DNA of 64,000 bases from Arcobacteraceae bacterium (lineage in GTDB: Bacteria > Campylobacterota > Campylobacteria > Campylobacterales > Arcobacteraceae). Position numbers and translations under genes: made by a program. Of this stretch, positions 40,605 through 49,047 are shown in pieces (the first letter of the stretch is position 1; every line of letters begins with the position of its first letter). The notes under the pieces were generated by a model. That model was not told the DNA's origin and did not search any database. It saw nothing but the letters and a program-made list of their open reading frames with translations. Location of the stretch: NCBI GenBank assembly GCA_965224485.1, contig CBDCZH010000007.1:1-64000 (forward strand), in the 5' to 3' direction.

Positions 40605-41897
40605 ATGTTAAGAAGAGACTTTTTAAAATATAGTGCAATTGCGGCACTTTTTGTACAAGTAGATACTATTTATGCAGCTAATAATAAGAATAGAGTTAGT
40701 GTAGTTATTTGTGGTGCTGGATATGCAGGTATGAGCGTTGCTAAAAGAATTAGTGAATTAAACCCTTTAATTAACATCACATTAATTGAAAAGAAACAAA
40801 ATTTTATTTCTTGTCCTTTCTCTAATGCTTATTTAGGAGAAGTTCAAAATATTACATTTAAAGATCTTAATTTTGATTATAATACAGCTATTAACAAATA
40901 TTCATATAATTTTATAAATGAAGAAATAATTTCTATAAATAAAAAAACAAAAGAAGTTAAAACAGGAAACAAAACAATTGCTTATGATTATTTAGTAATG
41001 ACCTTAGGTATTGATTATGATTATAAAAAAACAATGCAAGATGAAGAAAAAATCAAGCAGTGTATGATGCAAGCACCTGCTGGATTAAAACCAGGAAGTG
41101 AGCATTTAAAACTTAAGAAAATGATAGAGAGCTTTAAAGACCATAAAGAAGGAAACTTTGTAATCACTATTCCTTCTGGGCCATTTAAGTGTCCTCCTGG
41201 TCCTTATGAAAGAATTTCTTTAATTGCTAATTATTTTAAGAAAAATAATATAAAAGCAAAAGTTATTGTTTTAGACCCAAGAGAAAAACCAGCAGCTAAA
41301 CCCAAACAATTTTTGAAAGTATTTAAAGAATATTATCCTGATATTATAGAATATAAAGCTAATTCAATTTTTAAAGATATTAATTTTAAAACAAAAGAAA
41401 TATCTTATGAAAGTTTTAATAAAAAATCTTTAAAATATGAAAATAAAAAAGTAGCTTTTCAAGAAGCGAATATAATACCTACAAATATTGCAAATAGACT
41501 TTATGCAAAAACAGGCTTAGCTTTAGATAACAATGGTTTTGTAAAACTACTAAAACCTACGTATAGAGCATTAAATGATGAATATATTTATATCACTGGT
41601 GATGCACAAGGAGAATATCCTTTTCCAAAATCAGCGCAAATGGCGAACTCTTGTGGTTTGATATTAGCCCAAGATTTAGTAAGTACTATAGCAAAAAAAG
41701 ATTTTTCTTATAAAAGAAATTTACCTGGGAATATTTGTTATTCTATGGTTAATTCAAAAAAAGCGGTTTCTATTACGCACTCATATACTTATGATAAAAA
41801 ATTAAAAGTTCATGCTAGTATTTCGCCTATAAATAAAGAAACAGCACAAGCTGCAAAAGCTTGGTATAAAGGTTTAACTTCTAGCATTCTGTCTTAA
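40605..41897 (+). CDS. Flavocytochrome c sulfide dehydrogenase flavoprotein subunit (FccB/SoxF-like)
   Basis: Tat signal RRDFLK, GAGYAG, SCPFSN, CPPGPYER, PKSAQMA and C-terminal CYS motifs. Confidence 0.85.
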   Translation: MLRRDFLKYSAIAALFVQVDTIYAANNKNRVSVVICGAGYAGMSVAKRISELNPLINITLIEKKQNFISCPFSNAYLGEVQNITFKDLNFDYNTAINKYSYNFINEEIISINKKTKEVKTGNKTIAYDYLVMTLGIDYDYKKTMQDEEKIKQCMMQAPAGLKPGSEHLKLKKMIESFKDHKEGNFVITIPSGPFKCPPGPYERISLIANYFKKNNIKAKVIVLDPREKPAAKPKQFLKVFKEYYPDIIEYKANSIFKDINFKTKEISYESFNKKSLKYENKKVAFQEANIIPTNIANRLYAKTGLALDNNGFVKLLKPTYRALNDEYIYITGDAQGEYPFPKSAQMANSCGLILAQDLVSTIAKKDFSYKRNLPGNICYSMVNSKKAVSITHSYTYDKKLKVHASISPINKETAQAAKAWYKGLTSSILS

Positions 41898-42000
41898 AAT
41901 AAAGAATCAAACTCTTTGTTTATTCAACATTGTTTTCAGTCAATATTTTTAAATATTTATCTGATATAATCAAATCAAATTATAATTATAAGGTTAATTA

Positions 42001-42435
42001 ATGAAATTATTAAAATTCTCTCTTCTTGTCTTGTTATTAAGTTCTGCAAATGCAGATTTTATTCAAAAAAGTGAAAATGTTTTAAAAGATAATACTACAA
42101 ATGTATTATGGCAAGATTCAAAAGATGCAAAAAGTAAAACTTTTACACATCAAGAAGCTATTTCTTACTGTAATAATCTAGACTTAGATGGAGAAAAAAA
42201 CTGGAAATTACCTGGTTTTATGGAACTCTTTTCCTTAGTTAATACAAAATCATATAATCCAACAGCATTTAAAGAGTTCAAATATATTGCTTCTGCTAAC
42301 TATTGGTCTTCTAAAGTTTTTTCTCATTCTGTAACAAATGAAGCTTTTGTAATTGATTTTAAATCTGGTGCTTTTAATAGAAATAAAATGAGTGATAAAT
42401 TTTATGTTAGATGTTATAAAGATTTAAAAAATTAA
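42001..42435 (+). CDS. Exported DUF1566 (Lcl C-terminal-like) protein
   Basis: Signal peptide; LWQ, A..YC, WKLP...EL, YWSS and VRC motifs. Confidence 0.85.
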   Translation: MKLLKFSLLVLLLSSANADFIQKSENVLKDNTTNVLWQDSKDAKSKTFTHQEAISYCNNLDLDGEKNWKLPGFMELFSLVNTKSYNPTAFKEFKYIASANYWSSKVFSHSVTNEAFVIDFKSGAFNRNKMSDKFYVRCYKDLKN

Positions 42436-42530
42436 TTAAAATCAAGCCTCTTTAAACTCTAAATCAAAAATGATACTTTTTGGAGGCTTTTTATAAGTAT
42501 AATATATAGGTACTATAAAAGGGGTCTATT

Positions 42531-42872
42531 ATTTTAAAATTAATAATTTTTACACCTAAGATAAGAGGTGAATATTTCATAGAACAAACATTAAACAAAG
42601 AACTTATAAACAATATAGATAAATTACTTATTCAAGATAAAGAAGAATCTATTACTTTTACTATTAAACATCAAAAGAAAAAAAACTTTTTTAATAAAAT
42701 AATAAATTTATGCATAAAGTTTAATATTAAAACCGTTTTGGATTTAGAAATATATTTTAATGATATGGTAAAAACCAACTCTTTTATAGAAAAAGATTTT
42801 TCATATAAAATTACTAAACTAAAAAAGAGTTATTTAAATGATAAGATAATGATACAAATGGAAATAGCTTAA
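42531..42872 (+). CDS. Hypothetical protein, 113 aa, probable ATT start (not in the ORF track)
   Basis: Stop-free 114-codon frame filling the gap; AAGGGG RBS 6 nt upstream; TATAAT near 42498. Confidence 0.55.
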   Translation: MLKLIIFTPKIRGEYFIEQTLNKELINNIDKLLIQDKEESITFTIKHQKKKNFFNKIINLCIKFNIKTVLDLEIYFNDMVKTNSFIEKDFSYKITKLKKSYLNDKIMIQMEIA

Positions 42873-42887
42873 ATTCCAACTATTTCT

Positions 42888-45062
42888 TTATAATTTATGT
42901 ACTTTTAATCTTAGTGAATTTATTACTACAATAACAGATGAAAAACTCATAGCAATTCCTGCGTACATAGGTGTTAACATTAAAGCATAAAAAGGAAACA
43001 AAACTCCAGCTGCTAAAGGTATTCCTAAAGCATTATAAAAAAATGCCCAAAAAAGATTTTGTTTTATTATCTTCATTGTTTCAAAAGATAAATTAATACT
43101 TTTTAAAACTAAAGATATATCATTATTCATTAAAATAATATCCCCAGCATCTTTCGTAATATCAGAACCGGAATTTAAAGTAATTCCTATATCAGCTTGT
43201 TTAATAGAAATTGAATCATTTAATCCATCACCTACAAACATAACTTTAGAACCTTTTTGTAAGTTTTTAATAAACTCATATTTATCTTGAGGTAAAACTT
43301 CTGAGTAAACTTCACTTATACCTAAAGTTAAAGCAACTTTTTTAGCAGTTATTTTATTATCACCTGTTAATAGAATAGGCGTAATATTTTTATTTTTTAA
43401 ATCATGGATTAACTTTTTAGCACCATTTTTAAGTTTATCTTCTAGTGAAATTACTCCTATACAAGAAGCATTTAAACTAATTAATATAGCACCCTCTCCA
43501 TTATTTAAAACTTTTAAGAAAAAGTCTTCATTTTCTTTTGATATTTTTACCTTATGTTCATTCATTAATCTTAAATTTCCTATTAAAACCTCTTGCTCTT
43601 TGTAATAAGCCTTAATTCCTAAGCCTGGAATGATTTTGAAATCATCAATTTGTTTGGTACTTTTAATATTCATATTTTCTACATATCTAATAATTGCTTT
43701 TGAAATAGGATGTTCATTTAGTTTTTCAATAGAGGATAATAAAGATAGGTACTTTTCATCAATATTTATCTCTTTTACAGAAATTTCACCCTTAGTTAGC
43801 GTTCCTGTTTTATCAAATACTGCATATTTAATATCTTTTATAATCTCTAAAACTTCTGGATTTTTTATTAAAATGCCCTCTTTTGCTCCTTTTGCAACTG
43901 CACTTACAATTGCTATTGGAGTAGCTAGTCCTAAAGCACAAGGACAAGAAATAATTAAAACTGAAATAGAAGCTAAGATGGCTAATAAAGGATCATTTGC
44001 TAAAAAATACCAAAGTAGAAAAGTTAAAATAGAAATACCTATAACAATAGGAACAAAAACATTTGCTACTTTATCAGCAAACCTTGCTATTGGCATTTTT
44101 TTGCTTTGGGCATGGCTTAAAAGATCAATTATTTTAGAAATTGTTGTATCGTTTGAATTTTTTGATACTTTAATTTTTATTATAGAGTTAGTATTGATAC
44201 ATCCTGCACTTACCTCATCATTTATTGTTTTAAAAATAGGTAATGATTCACCTGTAATCATAGATGCATCAATATCAGCATTTCCTTCAATTATAAAACC
44301 ATCAGATGAAATTTTTTCACCCTCTTTTACTAAAACTATATCTCCTATATTTAGATTTTTTACTAAAACCTCTTTAAAATCACCATCGTTTAAAACTAGT
44401 GTGGCTAAACTTGGAGCTAGATTCATAAGTTTTTTTAAATAATCACTAGCCTTAGCTCTTGAACGCTCTTCTAATAATCTTCCTAAAAGAATAAAAGTTA
44501 TAATTACACTTGCTCCATCAAAATAAATAAATCTTAAATGAAGTGGAAAGATACTTGGAAATAAAACTACAAAAGCAGAATAAAAATAAGCAGCAGAGGT
44601 TCCAAGAGCTACTAAAACATTCATGTCATAGTTTTTATGCCTTAAGGCTTTATAAGCTAAGGAATAGAACCTTGAGCCACAATAAAATTGAACAATTGAA
44701 GCAAGAGCAAACATAAGGTAGTTATTATATGTATCAAGAGGAAAAAGAACAAAATAAAACATTAGAGTTGTAAAAGAAGCAGAAATTATAAATACATTTT
44801 TTAGTTTTTTAAAGGCTTTTTCTTTTACAAGTTCGAGAGCTTTTAAATCTTCTACAACTTCATAACCTAAACTTTTTATCTTAGCTATTAATTTACTTTT
44901 ATCTAAAACTTCACTATTTATAATAAATTCACCAGCATTAGAGCTAAAACTAACCTTAGATTCTTGTACACCTTTTAGTTTTTTTGTAACTTTTTCAATT
45001 CCATTAGAACAATTTACACAAGTCATGCCTGAAATATTTAATTTAATAAGCTCTTTTTGCAT
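42888..45062 (-). CDS. copA: Copper-translocating P1B-1 type ATPase
   Basis: GMTCVNC metal-binding domain, TGES, CPCALGLA, DKTGT, HP, GDGLND, and YN and MxxSS TM motifs. Confidence 0.92.
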   Translation of the reverse strand: MQKELIKLNISGMTCVNCSNGIEKVTKKLKGVQESKVSFSSNAGEFIINSEVLDKSKLIAKIKSLGYEVVEDLKALELVKEKAFKKLKNVFIISASFTTLMFYFVLFPLDTYNNYLMFALASIVQFYCGSRFYSLAYKALRHKNYDMNVLVALGTSAAYFYSAFVVLFPSIFPLHLRFIYFDGASVIITFILLGRLLEERSRAKASDYLKKLMNLAPSLATLVLNDGDFKEVLVKNLNIGDIVLVKEGEKISSDGFIIEGNADIDASMITGESLPIFKTINDEVSAGCINTNSIIKIKVSKNSNDTTISKIIDLLSHAQSKKMPIARFADKVANVFVPIVIGISILTFLLWYFLANDPLLAILASISVLIISCPCALGLATPIAIVSAVAKGAKEGILIKNPEVLEIIKDIKYAVFDKTGTLTKGEISVKEINIDEKYLSLLSSIEKLNEHPISKAIIRYVENMNIKSTKQIDDFKIIPGLGIKAYYKEQEVLIGNLRLMNEHKVKISKENEDFFLKVLNNGEGAILISLNASCIGVISLEDKLKNGAKKLIHDLKNKNITPILLTGDNKITAKKVALTLGISEVYSEVLPQDKYEFIKNLQKGSKVMFVGDGLNDSISIKQADIGITLNSGSDITKDAGDIILMNNDISLVLKSINLSFETMKIIKQNLFWAFFYNALGIPLAAGVLFPFYALMLTPMYAGIAMSFSSVIVVINSLRLKVHKL

Positions 45063-45063
45063 T

Positions 45064-45417
45064 TTAATCCTTATTATCTTTAAGAAGTAAATTTAATAAT
45101 ACTTTTACTTCTTCATTACAAATATAATAAAAAGACATTTTTTTATCTTTTTTAAAGGTAACAATTTTCTTTTCTCTTAAGATTTTTAACTGGTGGGATA
45201 CATGTGATTGAGGAAGATTTAATATTTTAACCATCTCACCTACACAAATTTCGTACTTTAATAAAGCAAATAAGATTTTTAAGCGTATTGGATCACTTAA
45301 TGCTTTTAAAACTTGTGAAAACTTAGTAATATTTTCATTTTTAGGTAAATACTTATTAATGTCATCTAAATAAGAAATATCCTCACAGCAAGACCGTAAA
45401 GTTGATTCATTTTGCAT
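45064..45417 (-). CDS. ArsR/SmtB-family metal-sensing repressor
   Basis: KALSDPIRLKIL, EICVGEM and SHQLKILR motifs; N-terminal CC. Confidence 0.92.
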   Translation of the reverse strand: MQNESTLRSCCEDISYLDDINKYLPKNENITKFSQVLKALSDPIRLKILFALLKYEICVGEMVKILNLPQSHVSHQLKILREKKIVTFKKDKKMSFYYICNEEVKVLLNLLLKDNKD

Positions 45418-45418
45418 A

Positions 45419-45625
45419 TTAGTCTTCTATAATATCAAAACCAATATCAGACATTTCTTTTTTAAATAATTCTTCTTTAACTTCATTTTCAATTTCTAAA
45501 GTAACTTCTTTTGGATCTGAATTTAAATTTACTTCAATACCCGTAAATTCATCTTCAAGGGTTACTTTTATTAAATTTGCACATTTAATACAAGATATAT
45601 TTTTAGCCTTATATGTTTTTTTCAT
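45419..45625 (-). CDS. Heavy-metal-associated (CopZ-like) chaperone
   Basis: NISCIKCA (CxxC) in a 68 aa protein. Confidence 0.85.
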   Translation of the reverse strand: MKKTYKAKNISCIKCANLIKVTLEDEFTGIEVNLNSDPKEVTLEIENEVKEELFKKEMSDIGFDIIED

Positions 45626-45632
45626 AATATTC

Positions 45633-45672
45633 CTTCATATGTAATTATTTTCATATGAAGATATTAACATAT
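45633..45672. promoter_or_regulatory. Putative ArsR/SmtB operator
   Basis: CTTCATATG-N10-CATATGAAG inverted repeat; overlapping ATATGwA-N6-wwCATAT boxes directly upstream of copZ. Confidence 0.65.
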
Positions 45673-45684
45673 ATAATCTTTAAC

Positions 45685-46710
45685 TTATATAATTATATCT
45701 TTTGCTGTTATTTGATTTCTTCCATTTTCTTTTGAAAGATATAATAATTCATCAACTTTACTATATAAAGCAGAAGTGTTTATAGTAAATTCAACTTTTT
45801 TAATATTTCCTAATCCTATTGAAATAGTAACATAAGATGAATTGCTTGGATTTAAACACTCAATATGAAGGTCTTCTATTTTTACTCTTAAATCTTGCAT
45901 TAAAGTTATTGCATCACTTGAGTTTTTTACATCAAACAATATTCCAAACTCTTCTCCTCCTAATCTAAATACACTGTCATTTGGTCTATTTAGAGTTTCT
46001 TTAAGTATTTTAGATATTTTTTGTAAAACAATATCACCTTTTGCATGCCCAAAAGCATCATTATAATATTTAAAATAATCGATATCTATAATTGCAAATG
46101 AGAATTCATGTTCTGTTCTATTCAATGCAGATATTCTTTGATTAAAAATTTCATCAAAATACCGTCTATTGTATAAACCAGTTAGCCAGTCTGTTATACT
46201 CAAAGAGTTTAAAATTTCATTTTTTTCATCTAACAGTTTTAAGGTATTTTTATACTCACTTATATCTAACATAACGCCAACAAGTCCTAGAATTTCATTA
46301 TTTACAACAAAAGATGATTTGTAAAAGTTAAAATCTCTTGTTATTCCATCTGAGCATTTTACACTCGCTTCATACACTTGAACAGAAGGTTCACTTAAAA
46401 GTTCTTCATCTTTCTCATAATAAATATCAGCATGTTCTTTTGGTATTAGAGTAGGTAAATCATAAAGAGTTTTACCAATAATTTTTTCTTTCTTAATTCC
46501 TAAAATATTCTTAGAAAAAGCATCATTACAATGTTGATAAACACCATTTACATCTTTATAAAACATAGGATTTGGAATAGTGTCAAACAGCATAGTTAAG
46601 AAAGAATTTGTAATCTTTATATTCTCTTCTAAAGAAGGAAGAAGCTCTAGTTGTGATTCTAAATAATGAACTTGTTTTTCAAGTTCTTCATAAGTAGGTT
46701 TTTTAATAAT
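45685..46710 (-). CDS. PAS-GGDEF diguanylate cyclase (probable ATT start)
   Basis: PAS domain, DWLTGLYNR, DIDYFK, RLGGEEF; in-frame extension IKKPTYEELEKQVHYLE upstream of the called ATG at 46593. Confidence 0.88.
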   Translation of the reverse strand: MIKKPTYEELEKQVHYLESQLELLPSLEENIKITNSFLTMLFDTIPNPMFYKDVNGVYQHCNDAFSKNILGIKKEKIIGKTLYDLPTLIPKEHADIYYEKDEELLSEPSVQVYEASVKCSDGITRDFNFYKSSFVVNNEILGLVGVMLDISEYKNTLKLLDEKNEILNSLSITDWLTGLYNRRYFDEIFNQRISALNRTEHEFSFAIIDIDYFKYYNDAFGHAKGDIVLQKISKILKETLNRPNDSVFRLGGEEFGILFDVKNSSDAITLMQDLRVKIEDLHIECLNPSNSSYVTISIGLGNIKKVEFTINTSALYSKVDELLYLSKENGRNQITAKDIII

Positions 46711-46920
46711 AATAAAGCCTTTTTGTATAATATAATCAAGTATACTAGTTATTAACTTATATTATTAAATAATAATATAAACAAGGTAATAATTATTATT
46801 AATAGCTATATTTTATTATTTATTGTTTCATTTATCAAATTATTAAGTGTTTTTATAATATGTAAATAAATATTTTTTATATATTCTAATATTAGCTATA
46901 CTAAATTAAAAGGATAATAC

Positions 46921-47334
46921 ATGCAAGGAATATTTCATTTAGCTTATAATGTAACAAATTTAGAAGTAGCACGAGATTTTTATGTTAATACTTTGGACTG
47001 TAAAGAAGGAAGGAGTACAGATACCTGGTTAGATTTAGATTTTTTTGGTCATCAATTATCTTTACATTTAGGAGAACCTTTTATTACTAAAACTACAGGA
47101 AAAGTAGCTGAACACATAGTTCCAATGCCACATCTAGGAATTATTTTACAATATGAAGATTGGAAAATTTTAGCTAAAAATTTAGAAAAAAAAGAAATTA
47201 AATTTATAATAAAACCTGTACTTAGATTTAAAGGTTTACCAGGTGAGCAATATACTATGTTTTTTAAGGACCCATTTGGAAATCCTATTGAAGTAAAAGG
47301 TTTTCATGATTTATCTAAAGTATTCGACTTTTAA
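46921..47334 (+). CDS. VOC/glyoxalase family protein
   Basis: FHLAY, DFFGHQLSLH and DPFGNPIEVK motifs. Confidence 0.88.
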   Translation: MQGIFHLAYNVTNLEVARDFYVNTLDCKEGRSTDTWLDLDFFGHQLSLHLGEPFITKTTGKVAEHIVPMPHLGIILQYEDWKILAKNLEKKEIKFIIKPVLRFKGLPGEQYTMFFKDPFGNPIEVKGFHDLSKVFDF

Positions 47335-47419
47335 AAGAAAACTTGTTTAATAATTATATTTTTTTATTTAAAATCTTTTTTATAAACTTTGTATACAATA
47401 CGAATAATAAAGGATTTCA

Positions 47420-48292
47420 ATGTTAAATAATTCACTAAATAAAATAAAATCTATAGATAAGGGTATTTTATTTATGATTATAAGTGCAGTCATTTCTGCA
47501 CTTAGTGGAGCTGTTGCTAAAATTTTATCTCAAAGCATGGATCCTATTGAAATAGTATTTTATAGAAATCTTTTAGGCGTTCTAATAATTTTATATTCTC
47601 TAAAAAAAATTCCTGTAAGTATAAATACTTCAAAACTTCACTTATTATTGTTAAGAGGTATTTTTGGAGCAGTTGCTATGTTATTCTTTTTTTATACTAT
47701 TGCAACAATTCCTCTAGGTGAAGCTGTAATATTAAATAAAACATCTCCATTTTTTGTAAGTATTCTTGCTTATTATTTAATGAAAGAATCTATTTCTAAA
47801 AGTACTATTTTTGCTTTAATTATTGGATTTATTGGAATTACATTAATTATAAAACCTTTTGATATTCAAATATCTCTTGATCATGTTTTTGGAATTTTAG
47901 GTGGTTTTTTTGCAGCTGCTGCTTATGCTACTATAAAGAAAATAAAAGATATTTATGATGCAAGAGTCATAATGCTTTCATTTACAAGTATAGGTGCTAT
48001 ACTTCCCTTAGTACTTTATTTATTTACACCTTATGTAAATTTCGAAGCAAATGCAGACCCAGTAGTTTGGCTGCTTATAGCATTTATGGCTATTTTATCA
48101 ACAGCTTCACAATGGTTTCTCACCCGCGCTTATAGTCTAAGTCCTGCAAGTATCATAGGAGTTGTAGGATATTCAAGTATCCCTTTTGCCCTAGGTTTTG
48201 GTTTAATGTTAGGAGATGCGTTTCCAGATATATATACCTTTGCAGGAATTGCCCTTATTATACTAGGAGGTATTTTAGTTAGTAAGAAATAA
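47420..48292 (+). CDS. DMT/EamA family transporter
   Basis: About 10 TM segments, EIVFYR, TSPFF and RAY motifs. Confidence 0.88.
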   Translation: MLNNSLNKIKSIDKGILFMIISAVISALSGAVAKILSQSMDPIEIVFYRNLLGVLIILYSLKKIPVSINTSKLHLLLLRGIFGAVAMLFFFYTIATIPLGEAVILNKTSPFFVSILAYYLMKESISKSTIFALIIGFIGITLIIKPFDIQISLDHVFGILGGFFAAAAYATIKKIKDIYDARVIMLSFTSIGAILPLVLYLFTPYVNFEANADPVVWLLIAFMAILSTASQWFLTRAYSLSPASIIGVVGYSSIPFALGFGLMLGDAFPDIYTFAGIALIILGGILVSKK

Positions 48293-48382
48293 GTATAAAT
48301 ATGATTACTAAAATAAGTTAAAATTACAAAAGCACCTTCGGTCAACAAAGACCATTTCATATATTTATGGTATAATTTTGGT

Positions 48383-48658
48383 ATGATATTTGAATATGAT
48401 GAAAAAAAAAGTATAAGTAATAAAGTAAAACATAATATTAGTTTTGATGAAGCAAAAGAATTATGGCAAGATCCATACTCTTTTGAATTACCAGCAATTC
48501 AAAATGAAAACGAAGATAGATTTTTAGTATTAGGTCAAATTAATTCTAAAAATTATACAGCAATAATAACTTACAGAAATAAAAACATTAGAATAATTTC
48601 AGTAAGAAGATCAAGAGAAAAGGAGATTAAACTTTATGAAAGCATCACAACTAGATAA
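48383..48658 (+). CDS. BrnT family toxin
   Basis: FEYDEKK..SN..KHNISF, EDRF and RIISVRR motifs. Confidence 0.92.
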   Translation: MIFEYDEKKSISNKVKHNISFDEAKELWQDPYSFELPAIQNENEDRFLVLGQINSKNYTAIITYRNKNIRIISVRRSREKEIKLYESITTR

Positions 48659-48881
48659 AAAATTTGATGATAATCAAGATGATATCTTAGATTATTTTGA
48701 TACCTCAAAAATAAAAATGATAAATGAAGAACCTAAAAGAGTAAATATTGATTTCCCAACGTGGATGGTACAATCACTAGATAAAGAAGCAAAACACATA
48801 GGTGTTAGTAGACAAGCAGTAATCAAAATGTGGTTAGCAGAAAGACTAGAAAGTTTAAATAAAAAAGCAATAAGAGCTTAA
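48636..48881 (+). CDS. BrnA/CopG-type ribbon-helix-helix antitoxin
   Basis: KRVNIDFPTWMVQSLDKEA...GVSRQAVIKMWL; overlaps the toxin stop. Confidence 0.9.
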   Translation: MKASQLDKKFDDNQDDILDYFDTSKIKMINEEPKRVNIDFPTWMVQSLDKEAKHIGVSRQAVIKMWLAERLESLNKKAIRA

Positions 48882-48910
48882 AAATATAATCAGTACACTA
48901 AAACCAAAAG

Positions 48911-49047
48911 TAGATGTAAAGCATTAGGTTTTACAAGAAATCAAGGCGAAGTCAAATTTTAAAGCGGAGCGTACGGCTTTAGTACGTGAGCATTTAAAAT
49001 TTAGTCTTCAACGCAGAGTTATTGAAAAAGATGATGTTTTACAGCTA
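48911..49047 (+). repeat. Miniature palindromic element, copy 2 (RPE-like); its terminal CTA is the mfd stop codon
   Basis: TAGATGTAAA.../...TTTACAGCTA ends; core TCAAGGCGAAG...GGAGCGTAC...GTACGTGAG...CTTCAACGCAG. Confidence 0.8.

Noticed and set aside
43630..44442. 270 aa + strand ORF inside copA
   Set aside because: Antisense shadow of a well-conserved gene; no recognisable motifs or RBS
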